DNA from: Moniliella sp. 'wahieum'
Lineage: Eukaryota
Direction: 5' to 3'
NCBI GenBank assembly: GCA_003971905.1
Contig: RSEE01000060.1
Location: 1-64,000, forward strand
DNA: 64,000 nucleotides
The position numbers and the translations under genes are program-made. Shown here piece by piece: positions 1-11,565 of this stretch. The notes under the pieces are model-generated. The model saw only the letters and a program-made list of their open reading frames with translations. It had not been told where the DNA came from and made no database searches. Position 1 is the first letter of the stretch. Each line of letters begins with the position of its first letter.

Positions 1-520
1 AGTTGGGGCCATCGTCAAAGGTCAACCCCCAGGTCTCGGGCTCGTCACAGGTGTACACATCGGGGGGAATGCCGGCGGCCTTGGGGTGGACACACTTGGT
101 CTCGGTCACCAGCAGGGGGTCTTGGGCAGTGTTGTAGGTGGTGCCTTGTTCTGAGCCGGTTGGCTGGCCCTTGGGGGCAATGTTGGGATGGTGACCTGCT
201 TTTGCAGGCTGGCCCAAACCGAGGTGGCCTCCTGGTCGGAAGGCATGATGTCGGCAATCTCCCACACGGTGGGGAAGGCGCTGGTGAAGGACGAGGCAGG
301 AGCGTAGCTGTAAGGCGTGCACTCCTGCTTGGGGGTGGTGACCGACTGCCAGGTCTGGTCGTTGTAGGCGGCCTGGCGGCGCTGCATGCCGCGCTTGGCA
401 GCTTGCGCCTGGAGTGCGCGCGGCATCCGCCCGGGGAAGCCGGCACCGAGATGTGCGGCGGCCTGACCGGCACCGGCAAGCAGGCCGCCAAGAAGCGCGA
501 GGCAGAGTAAGATGGTGCAT
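1..520 (-). CDS. Chitin deacetylase (CE4 polysaccharide deacetylase), 5' part; runs off the window's left edge
   Basis: Signal-peptide-like ILLCLALLGGLLAG, then QECTPYSY..FPTVWEIADI..CW as in basidiomycete Cda proteins. After a 1-bp slip: TETKCVHPKAAGIPPDVYTCDEPETWGLTFDDGPN, containing CE4 motif 1 (TFDDGP). Start approximate. Confidence 0.85.
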   Translation of the reverse strand, partial: MHHLTLPRASWRPACRCRSGRRTSRCRLPRADAARTPGASCQARHAAPPGRLQRPDLAVGHHPQAGVHALQLRSCLVLHQRLPHRVGDCRHHAFRPGGHLGLGQPAKAGHHPNIAPKGQPTGSEQGTTYNTAQDPLLVTETKCVHPKAAGIPPDVYTCDEPETWGLTFDDGPN

Positions 521-1680
521 CGTGGCGATGTGTGCAAAGAAGGTGGCGGTGGCAGATCAGACGAGGGGGCGAGGCGACGAGGTATAGTCGGGGCCAGCGC
601 TGAGCTGAGGCGGGACGAAGAGAAGGGAACAAGTAAGGCAGGCGGGGCAGGCGAGGAGGCAGTTGTAAGATGCTAAGACGCACGAACGCCCTGTTGCGCA
701 TCGCATTGGCAGTGCGCCCCTGCGCCTCGGCCGGGTGCAAGGGATTGGCGTCGATGGGCTAGGCACAGGCAGAGCGTCTGCTGGGGGGGGGTGGGGCACG
801 GCGTCTGTGGCCCACCCTGCAGCAGCTCTGCGGCAGGGCGATCGAAAGCAGTGCGTCGCCTTCGGCAGCACGGCTGAGCCTCAGCAGCACGCCTGTGCGC
901 AGCAGCCACGGCAGCAGCCACCGGCAGCAGCCACCGGCAGTGCAGCAGCAGCAGCCCCCCGGCAGCCACCCCGCAGCAGCGCCCCCGGTTTAGCTAGTTC
1001 ACTATAGCGCACACCAACCATCGATCGGCGTCATCGATCATCGACCACCGACCATCGTCGTCCGACAGTGGCCCCACGGCCTCCGACGCCCGTCCCCGAC
1101 GCTGAGCTGACTAGTGACTAGTGACTTGCCACTGGGGTCGCTGCAAGGCCACCGCCAGCGGCTGCACTGGGTCAGCCATATTCGTCTCTCCACGAGCTAG
1201 CGAGAGGGATGCAGGATGGATGGGATGCCCGCATGATGCATGATGCACATGATGCATGATGGTTTGGAACTGAATATTAGCGAGAACCCGCTGCAGAGCG
1301 CTGCGCCGCGTGGTAAGCCCAGAGCGCACAGTCTGTCCATGTGACAGCGTAGAGCACGAGTCGAGTCACTGTCACTTGCCACTCGTCCCTGGTGCCCTAG
1401 ACACCAGCTCACTAGGCTCACTCGCCGAGCCACGGCGTGGTCGGTGTCACGTGCCACGCGCTGGAAGTTTCGGGCTGAGGTAAGCATGCATGCGCAAGGC
1501 AGGACGCGTGCGGCGGCGGCTGGCCACTTTGAAACATCCAGCAGGAAGAGGCGCGTGGCTAGCGGCCAGCTGCCAGCGGCCAGTTGCAAATTGCAGGGTG
1601 GAAGTTGGACGCGGCAAGTGGCCCAGTCAGCCAACCTCCGTCGCGAGCCCCAGCTTCCCCCCCCCCACCACTCTCGCCGC

Positions 1681-3690
1681 ATGGCCACCCACCCGAACCC
1701 ACCGACGACCAGGGCCTTCCCCTCTGGGGCCGAGGTGCGTTCCCTGTCCCCGCACCCCCCTCCCCGCGCCCGCCTAACCCCCCTCTCTCCAGCGTTGCTC
1801 TGCGGTGCGACCGACTTTGGCAATGTCGGCCGCAAAGCCAAGCCCGTCGCGTCCACCAAGGGCCCCGCGTATCCCGACCTGTCGTCCGTCCACATTCTCC
1901 GCAGCCTATCCAACGTCCGCATTTCCAAGATCCGCACCAGCCACTCCTCCGCCCACGTCGTCTTTCTCTCCGTCGAAGGAAACGCGTTTGTGCTGGGCCG
2001 CAATGAGCATGGCCAACTGGGCTTCAAGCCCTCCCAGGCCCCGGCCGCTGCGTCGGGCAAGCGGGGCAATCAGGACGTGTATGCCGGTGCGGCTATCCAT
2101 ACGCCGGCGAAACTGAGGAGAAAGGACTTTGACCCACCATTCCTGCCGGCGCGGACGGGGACATTGTCGAGGCGGCCACCGGACGACACCACACTCTCCT
2201 TGTCACTCGCAGTGGCCAGCTCTACACTGCCGGCCAGGGAAACGTGGGACAGGTGCGTAGGCGGGATGTGATGAGAGCAAGGAATGCGATCCTGCGGCCG
2301 TGCAGAGACTGACCTCTTTTTCTTTTTGCTTGTTCAGCTCGGTCGGTCGCGCGGTCAGCAAGGATCAGTTCAGTTTACTCGGATTACTGCCGCGCCATTT
2401 GTCAAGGAGAAGGATCCGGTGGTGCAAGTGTCGGCGGGGGTTGACTTTTCGTTGGTACTTACTGCTTCAGGAAAGGGTACGCCCCCCCCCCGTTTCTCCT
2501 CTCCCTCGCGCCTGGCTGGCACGTGCGACAACAGGAGGAACATGAGAAACTGACATGTCTGTAGTGTACTCGTTGGATCGATGGAGAGCCGGCAGCTGGG
2601 AAATGGAACGTCGGGAGAGTACATTGTGCAAGCGGGCCGGACCGCGTTTGGAGAGAGGAGTGAGCCCGGGTTGATCGAAGCCTTGGCTGGGGAGAAGGTG
2701 ATCCAAGTTGCGTGTGGCCAGCACCATGCCATTGCGCTGACCGAGCGAGGCATTCCGTACGTCTGGGGGGCCGGCGGGTATGGTCGTCTCGGCTTAGGAG
2801 ACGGACACGATGCCAACCCGACGGCCGTTCGGCACTTGATCGGGACAACGACAAGCTCAAGGCGAGAAAGGTGATTGCTGGTCCGACAGCTTCGGTTGTG
2901 ATTGATGGACAACAACAGTTCTGGCTCACTGGCAAGTGGAAAATCACTGGCCAAGGCGGCGCAGGTCAATCCAACATGCACTTTAGCTGTACGTTGTTCG
3001 TCGAATGTGGGACTTGTACCCGGGCCACGGAAGATGACTAACGCAGAAAAACCAGATGACCTTGACCTAATGGGAGTCAAGGTCAAAAGTGCCGCTCTGG
3101 GCGGGGGTGACGCTCTTTGTTGTGGCAGAGGATGCCGGTTCGACATCCAAGTATGGCGCGACGATGAACGTGTGCTGGGGTCAGAATGCGACGTATGGCG
3201 AGCTCGGGTTTGGCGAGGGAAGACCAAAGAGCGCCACGCGGCCGCAAGTTGGGAGGCACTGGACAACATTGCGGTTTTGGAAATTGGCGCGTCGTTGGGG
3301 ACCACGTTTATTCTGGCGCGCAACATGGGCGACGCCTATTCCGACCTTCCGCGCTACCCGAGACGATCGAGGTCGAGTCGGATGCGTGCCAAGTGTGTGG
3401 CAAGAACGACGAGGAGGCAGCAGAAGAGAATGGCGACTTGCTCGAGTGCGAGAAATGTGACTTGGCGTATCATCTCAAGTGCTTGGACCCCCCCTGGACG
3501 AGGTGCCAGAGGGGGAATGGCACTGCCCGTGTGCAAGGACCGTGGGCTACGGGAAGTCGGATTTCCTGAGCCGAGCAAAGCCGATGACCCAGATGCGCCT
3601 CTCGTCGACCTCAATGACGCCTCCTCTAGCACCAAGCGACCGGCTAACGGCAGCCCGCGCGTTGCGCCTGCCAAGAAAAGCAAAAAATGA
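1681..3690 (+). CDS. RCC1-repeat (RCC2-like) protein with C-terminal PHD finger
   Basis: RCC1 repeats (GRNEHGQLG, VSAGVDFSLVLTASGK, VACGQHHAIALT..YVWGAGGYGRLGLG). PHD finger CQVC..[30 protein letters not shown]. GT-AG introns at about 1735-1792, 2252-2337, 2477-2563 and 2988-3054; several indels. Confidence 0.85.
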
Positions 3691-5766
3691 TCTCTGCCCC
3701 ACTTTCCTTTTGCGGCTGCCCGAACTGGAAACATGTTGGGGCAGCGTAGTGCCTCCAATCTTACACCACCTAGTCATGAGGCTTGAGTATGCTGCACAGA
3801 ATGGATTGCTTGTCCTGCCATGTCCACCTCGTTCCGCATCATGTAAGAGCCTAAGCGCCTGGCCTTCAACCAAGGGGAACAGGTACAACCAGGTGAGAGG
3901 AAGTGCTCCATCAGACGCGCGGACACATGGCACCGCGCCGCTCTTGGAGCTCAGGCCGACCCTCAGTGCATGTAGATGTGGGTGCCGCTGACGTGGCGGG
4001 AAAGGGGCCGGTGATAGGCCCAAACATCAACCTGCGCCAGATAGACGTTGCGCGCAGACTGGGACGCCGACAACACAGCTGCAGACCCTCCGACGGTATA
4101 TATAGAGATGCTGAAGAATTTGGCTTAGCAAATATGCTCCTCCTGCAATCCCTGGCCGGACGCGCGACTCGCCACGGAGGATCTGGACCCGGCGGAGCAT
4201 GGGCGGGAGTATACATGGGCACCCGTTCCCTGTTCTACGTTTCGCTTGGGCACCAGGGATAAGGTCAACCACAACCCAAAGAGCAGGCTAGGACTAGGGC
4301 ATGTGCTACCGGTTACCCCCCCACCTGATCCCACCAATGGCAGGTAATACCCCGACGAGACGCGCCCTGACAAACGGCTAGGCTTGCGCTGCGTAACCCC
4401 GGTGGGATGTTCGGGCGTGTTCGACGCGATCAACCCCACAGCCTCTGAGTGCGTCTGCCCCGGCTCGCCAGGCCCATGTCGGCCGAAACCTCTGGGAAGA
4501 AAGCGAGACGCCGCTGGTCCGGCTACCAATAAGCTGGAGAAACCGTCGATGATTGCGCCCATCAACAAGCCATTGCGCATCCAGCGAATGCCGCGCCTGT
4601 GCTGCCCTCCAATTGCTCTGCAGGCTAGTACGCAGGGCTGAAGCAGTGGGGTTCTAAGGGGGGGGGCACATTGGGAAAATGCCAACCAGGTATGAACGAT
4701 TTCGTCTCTCGTCCCCCGGAGCAGTTGCACAGACTCGTGTCTAACTGCCTCGAGGTCAGCCCCAGCTTTATCATAGGAACCATGCGCGCCAGCGAGAGCC
4801 GATCTGGCGAACACGATGATCCCGCAGCCATTGCGGTGTTTGAGAGAGAATGCCCCCGCCAATGCGGGACTCAAAAAGAGTCTATAGACTGGCCCGAGCT
4901 GTGAGAGTGACTGGACGCCAGACCGCCTCGGATGTCTGACTAAGTAGTATAGTACCAAGATACACGTCCAAGCCCCCCCCCCGCACGATACCGAGAAGGT
5001 CAAAAAGGATACGGAAACGCAGGAGAGCCGCTTTGGAGGACGAGACCAGGGAGGTTTCAGACAAGATCCAAGCGGTGACAAGGTGCCGGACTAGTATGAT
5101 AGAACAGGCGCAGATTTCTCCTTCCAACTAAGCTGCGTGGGAGTGTGAAGTCCAAGAAAGGGGGTGGTGACAAGCGTATATGCGGGCTCTGTCAAGGGGA
5201 AAGCAGAGAGCGGAGGCAGGACAAAACGACAGCTCACCATTCTTTTGCGAGAACCGATCAAGCCCACAACTCCGCTGTGTGGGAGGCGCAAGGGTATACA
5301 TGTATCGAGCGATGGTGCACCTCAAGCTTACTGAGTCTGCGGAAGCGCTTCAGCACTGACATGGGACCCTCAAGTCGATCCCAAAGAGACGTCAAGACGT
5401 ATATTCGCTAAAACCAATTGTACTGGCCGCGATGAAGAACAAGCCGTTGCGGCCCAGTACGCGAGGCGATGAAGCAAAAATACAAGGCGGCCAAGGGAGA
5501 GGAAGGAATGCCAGTGAGAAATCCAAAGGAAGCATGCCGCGGTTAGCGAGCGGGATGACGAGAGACGGAGGAGCACTGCAGATACACTGCTGGCAGTGGA
5601 AGTCAATGCAATTCAATGTTGTCTCCCGTTTTCCCTTGGCGCACAAAACTGCTGCCCCAGAGGGCCTATTGCACATGCTGGTACCAGCCTGCCAGACCAC
5701 TATGTAGGAAAGCATCTGGCCAAACGAGCTGGCCAGTGGGGAGCAAGGGAATCGCCCGGAGGCAGT

Positions 5767-6596
5767 TTACAGGTTCATAGTCTCCAGCGGCGGCCGAGCT
5801 GTCGGGGCAATCTTGGTGGTGCCCTGCAGTGCGGCAGGCTGGGATGGGGCAGGTGGTGCGGGCGTGGCATGCGCAGCATACACTCCGCCCATGGCCGTTC
5901 GGACTTGGGATATGGTTGGTCCGCCGGTCGACGTGTCCTGGACCAAGTCGAGGCTTAGGCCGGGCATGCCGCCTCCGGGGTGAGCAGCACGTGCGGGCCG
6001 GGCTGCGGGTCAAATGACGGCGGCGGCACAGCCGGCCAGCGTCGGGAGGCGCGACATCCTGGTCTGGATGTGCGGCTTCCTGGTCCGGAAGCGCCAGGGC
6101 CGGAGGGGACGAGGAAGGAGGCGCAGCGAGGCGGTTGAGCGCGGCGACCAGGTCGTCGGCCAGGGTATCTTTTCCGGGGCCTGTTCGGTGGTGGGGGCCC
6201 AGCCGACGGGCGGGCTGCCCGGCGGGGAGATGAGAAAATTCTTTTCGGCCGGCGGGACATGCAGGTGGACATCGTCTTGCAGCGGAGCCCAGACCAGCTC
6301 GTCGCCCGGCTGGCCAAAGTAGACGCGGATTGCGTCGGGAGCGGTGAGTGGCAGACGGTCGAGGCGCGCCTTGGCGCGTGCAGCGTCCTGCGCCGACTCA
6401 AACACCACGATCGCCCGGTGGTGCGGGGCGAGGGGCACGTACCGGCGCAGCGGGCCGTACGCATGCAGCAGGTCCAGCAACGTGCGGCCCAGCTGCGGCG
6501 CAAGGAAAAAGTCGGGCGGGAGACGAGTGAAGATGAGGACGGAGGAAGCAACTACGGGAGCGACGGGAGCGGCCTGCAAGCAACCGGGTCAGCCAT
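5767..6596 (-). CDS. RCN1: Calcipressin / regulator of calcineurin (RCAN family)
   Basis: RRM-like N-terminus (RAIVVFESAQDAARAK), hallmark NFLISPPGSPPVGW, and C-terminal PTARPPL in the 5767-5967 frame. Confidence 0.9.
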
Positions 6597-6772
6597 TTCC
6601 AGGCGCGCAAAAGCCGCAGACATTGTGCTTATTCAACAGACAGGCGCATGCGCGCTGTGGGAGCCCCCGGGGGGGGGGGGCGTACATTAGGGGGGGGGGG
6701 GGAAAAGGGGAAGCGGTACAGCGCAAGAACACTAGTAGGGACGGAAGCGGTGGTCGCGGGGCGGCTCGTTTC

Positions 6773-7440
6773 TTACTTTTCCTGGACCGCCGTCTCCTCC
6801 TCCTGCTCCTCCTGCTCCGGCTCGAGCGGGTCGTCGTCCACGATGCCGCATGGCCCGCCGGCCATGCAGCCCGTTCCGAACGGCCCGAATGCGGCGAGCG
6901 GGTTGTCGGCGGCAGCGGCCGGGGCAGGGAGGAGGGTGGCGGCATACGAAACGGCGTCAAAGGCGTCTTGCAGTGTCGCGTCCGAGTCGGGGGCGACGGT
7001 GACCCACATTTCAGTCAGAGTGCCGGGGCCGTCGTCGTCGTCGTCGTGCTCAGGGGCATCGTCGAGGTGGAGGTAGAGGGCGGGGTGGCGGCGGTGGCGG
7101 CGAGGGGCGGCGGGAGGGAGCGGGTGAGGGCGTGGAGGGGAGGTGATGCCGCTGTGGGCGACGCTGAAGCCGGGGCCGGGGCGGGGAGGAAGCTGAGGGC
7201 GGCGTCGGTGATCCAGAGCTGGCCGGGGCGTGGAGGGGGCGCTGTGGGGGGGGGGTGGGGCGCGAGCGCAGCGCCGGCGAGGGCGGGCGGGGAGGGCGGA
7301 GAGGCGGAGGGGGCAGCGGGCGGGCCAGCGCAGGACGGGCGGCACGCGCTCCAGCGTGGCAGGCGTGGCACCGGCGCTGTGTGCGGCGGCGGCGGGGAGT
7401 GTGGGCGGGGGGCGTGGAGGAGCGCGAGGGAGGGGGGCAT
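6773..7440 (-). CDS. ICln/Lot5 (Voldacs domain) protein
   Basis: TPATLERVPPVLRW..GQLWITDAALSF..GFSVAHSGI(T)LHALTR..ALYLHLDD..LTEMWVT..AFDAVSYAATLLP, then an acidic tail; frameshifted. Confidence 0.7.
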
Positions 7441-7738
7441 GTGGGGGGGGGGGGGTGGGGGGGAGGCAGGCCGCGGCGGAGGCCGCGCAGGGGGCGCAGG
7501 CGGGTGCAATTTCAAACTGCAGCGGGTGGGTGTTGCCGTGTTGGGCAGCCAACAGCCGGAGAGCCGCGGGGGCATGCGCATGGCCTGGGACATGTGATGG
7601 CCTGGGACATGTGACTGCAGTAGACAGTTGAACGTAGATGGCTGACCTCAGCCAGCAGCAGCAGCCGCCTGCCCACCCATGCCCCCTAGGTAGCCCGCCC
7701 CCTGCACCCACCAGCCCCACCCTCCCCTGGATCCCACC

Positions 7739-10568
7739 ATGGCTGCTGCCCCCCGCTCGCCTGGGCGCCCGAGCCCGCCAGCCCCCCGTCCGCTGCATGC
7801 GCTCGCCGCCGACTCCAGCGCCTCCTTCGCCGCCGACTCAGACGCCGACGCCACCTCAGCCACGCCGCCCCCACCACGCCCCACCCCGCGCCCCCTCGCA
7901 CGCCCAGCCCAGCCCGTCTCTCGCCCCCCTCCCCCCCCCCCGACCTCTCCCTCGCACACGCACACGACCCCCCCCCGACCCGCTCAGCACCGCCGCCCGT
8001 GCTGTCGATGCCGCCGCCCTGTTGATCGAGCAGCTGCGCCAGGCCGTCTACACACTCGAGGAAGAGCGCCATCGCTCCGACGCGGCCCCGGCCCACCCCC
8101 CTCCTCCCTCTGCGCCCGAGCCCGACGCCCCGAGCAGGACACACCCCAGCCGGATGCCCCCCCGGCCCACCACCGGCGCAGCCCACGCTCGACACGCTCA
8201 TGATCGAGTTGGATGCCAAGTTGGAGCATACCAACCGCGCCTTTCTGCTGCTCGACACGGCGCTCGAGCGCGCCCGAGGACGACCACGCTTCCTCGTCCC
8301 ACAAGCACGGCCTGACGCTGCACACCTTACCCAGCAGTTCCTCGCTTGCCTCCCTCACCAGCGCAACCAGCTTTGACGACGAACTCTGGGCGGCCGGTGA
8401 CATGTCGAGCGATGCGGCGCTGACGTTGCCGGACACGGCCCTGCGCGGCTCGGGTTCGGCACGCGCAGCCGCAGCGCTCCGGACCCGGGCTGGTGGCTTG
8501 GGCCAAACCTGGTCTCAGCTCCAAGACGAGGTGGAAATGGTGCGGCGCGAGCTGGTGGACGACAAGCAGCAGCGTGCCTTTTCCGGCGTGGTTAGCGCAT
8601 GCGCACGAGCTGATGGACAGTCTGGCACGTGCGTTGGATGCGCAGGATGCCGTGGTGCGCGACTGGCCTCGGTCGAGGCGGCCTGTCTCAGCGCGCTGGC
8701 CGGCACCTCGGACCCGGACCCGGACGACTCGGGCCACACGCTTCTCGACCTCGACACGGCCTTGTCGCGAACCGAGACGTACGGGTGGATCTGCCTCGGT
8801 GGGCCGCAAAACGGACGTGAAGCTTTCGTATATGTGCCCAGCGTTCAGCGCGCGTTTTCCGGATTGGCTGCGATGCTCCACAGCCGCAACACATCCCATG
8901 GCGGCGCGGAGCGCATGCGCCTTGCCGCGGTCGAACGGGAGAAGCTGACGCAACGCACTGCCACCTCGGCCCGGGAACGTCGGAGAGTAGCGCATGCGCA
9001 TCGAGCCGTGGTGCGCAAACTGGCTGCTGCCGCGTCGGTGGATCCGGAACGCGACGGCCTTGGCAGCTGTGCCGCTGCTGCTGCCGACGCAAGCGCGACC
9101 TTTCCAATAGCTTTAGCTCGATCGGCGACCTTAGTTCGTCCGGTACCATCGTCTTTCCCACACCCCTCTTCGCCCACCGAGTCGAGAGGCACACGGACGC
9201 AGCCAGTTCCACGCCCCGCCATAGGGAACGGCGGCTGCCTTCTGGTTCGCGTCGGGTCTGGCCCGAACGGCCGGTCGGCTCACAGTCTTCTTCCTCTCCC
9301 CGGGCGAGGGGAGAGAACGGCCGGGTCCGGAGGTGAATACGCCCAGCTCCCTTGGTCCACGCCGTCCACCTAGGGACCAAGACGGGTCAGTGACGCTTCG
9401 TCGTCGGCCCCACCTAAGCCCCCCCGTGGGATGGAGAAGCGCTCACCGCCCGCTGGAGTACGCAGCCTGGGGCGTAGCGCGCCGCGCGCGCACTTACCCC
9501 GCTCGCATGACTCGGTGGTCAATTTGGCGCGCGCACTGGACCGTCTCGCGCTCGATCCCGAGAGGATCCCCTAGCTCTCCCGCTGCGTTGGCCGCGGGGA
9601 CGGGGCGCGCTGGGTCTATCTCTCACGCGGTCGATCTATGACGATGCGCCGCCCCAGCCGCACTCGGTGCCGCTGCGTGGAGCCAGTCCTGTGTCTTCCA
9701 CCAGTGGCGAGACGGCTACCACAGCCAACGGCGCCCAGTGTCGGGGCGCGTCAGCCGAGCCGCGGGGCAAACGATTGTCGCGCATTCCACGGCTCTCCTC
9801 CAGCCTCGCGCTGGGCAGCCCTTCTCGGCCCGGCTCGGCGCGGCCTCCGTCGGCGCTCAGTTCGCATGGGATGGAAGGTACGCCGCCGGTGGGCAGCATG
9901 CACCTTCCGCGTTCTCCCAGTTCGCTCGGAGCGTCGTCGCACACGCCACGTACGCCACGTTCGCGCGGCCCACCACCGTCGTCGCGCAGCCCAGGCCGCG
10001 CTCTCGGTCCGAGGCGGGCCGCGCACCGTGGCGCAAACCCCCGACCCAGTGATTGCTCAACGCGCCAACGTTTCTGCGTTTTACCCGGGCGTGCGTCGAC
10101 TCGCGCCCAGTCCTGGGCCAGGGAGCCGGCCAGCTGCGGCCAGTGGCGCACGGGGCGAACGTAGTGCGCAACCGGTGTCGGCCCCCCCGGCCGGCCGAGC
10201 AGTACGCGGCCCAGTTCGCGCATGCGCCCGCGTCGCGCATGGATGAGCCAACGTACGGCGAAGGTGTGGGGGGAGCTACGTGCCGAACGCGCTGGACGAT
10301 CTGGATGTGGCAGTCGGGGGTATGCGAATGCGGTCGGGGTGGCGATCGCGGTCTGGAGCCGCCTTTGGGGCGCGGACAGCGCCTGGTCCTGGGGCCAGGC
10401 AAGGAGGCTCATGCGCGGTATGCGCTGGGGGCGTCCGGTCATGTGCAAGATCCTCGAGTTGCATCGGCCGGGCGCCGCGTCAGGACCAAGAACGACGCGC
10501 AAGACCATGGTCCGCGCCGAGGGTTCTGGCAAGACCTCGAGACGTGGCTTCTGACGCGGCTCGAGTGA
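7739..10568 (+). CDS. Kar9-like coiled-coil protein with C-terminal GAS2/GAR microtubule-binding domain
   Basis: WSQLQDEVEMVRRELVDDKQQRAFSGVV..AHELMDSLARALD resembles the fungal Kar9 domain. After a Ser/Pro/Arg-rich linker, YVPNALDDLDVAV..RPVMCKILEL..KTMVRA(G)GFWQDLETWLL matches the GAR motif VMVRVGGGW. Many indels. Confidence 0.65.
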
Positions 10569-11565
10569 TGCGTGATGTTGCTCCGGAGACGGGTGCGACA
10601 GGAGGAAGAGGGAGAAGTGTACCAGCTGCGCTGGATCGTTGTCTGTTCCTTGTCCGTATGTCGTGTCTACCGTGCTCATCTTCTGTCTGCCCGCCTGGCC
10701 AGCGATGGGCCGGGCGGGGTATCTACCACGTCTCGGTGGCCTCTTTCTGTTCTCCCCTTTCGGTCTTTGATGACGATGGCCCCAGGGCGATCTACATGCT
10801 GTACACACCAATAAAGAGACGCGTATGTTGTTGGCGTGCGTGCGGGATGGTGGATGGTGATGTAGCGTGTATAGCTGTAGCTTTTCGCTGTGCATGGCAA
10901 GGCTGAAAGCCGATATCTGAGGTTGACGAGGGCGATGAAGGCGATGAGGAGCATCGTGTTGGACAATGAAGGAAAGCACATGATTGACTGGGGCTTGCTC
11001 CGGCCCGAGAATGGCAAGGCGCCATCTTTAGTCTTCGGACAGGATCGCCTGTACTTGATAACGGCCTGCCCACATGCATGGCTGCGGCCGGCAGACGGGC
11101 AGGACTGATGCGATTGAATACGGAGTGTACTGAGTACTGACTATGATGGGGGCGGGGGCAGAGAGAGTGAGATAGCATGGTGATCGATAGTGCGACACCC
11201 ATCCCCCCACTGGCGCCATGCCGCGTGCAGATCGCATGGTCGATCATGCGGCGCTGCCTGGCATTGCACCGCCGAGGGCACTGGCCCACTGTGCTGGGCT
11301 GGCCAGCAGCGACCTGGCGAGCGCGCAAAGCGAACGTCTAACGCGCTGATATGCACACGGGCATCTGACTTGTGACGGGATGCTACGCCACGAGCCACTG
11401 CTCGGCCCAATCAGCCTGCGTCCTTGGAAACCAGGAGCAGGTCTCGCGCTCGCTGCTGCTTTCGCACGCTCGCGCCTTCCGTCCCATCGCATCGCCCCCA
11501 CCCCCACCACCCCATCTCTCGTCTCTGTCCTCCCTTCGCTATCCCCCCCCACACGCTCAACCTGC

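Noticed and set aside
6344..10979. Long antisense or overlapping ORFs (417 aa, 447 aa; likewise 42083-43408 and 38275-39195)
   Set aside because: Shadow ORFs of GC-rich coding sequence with low-complexity translations and no motifs.
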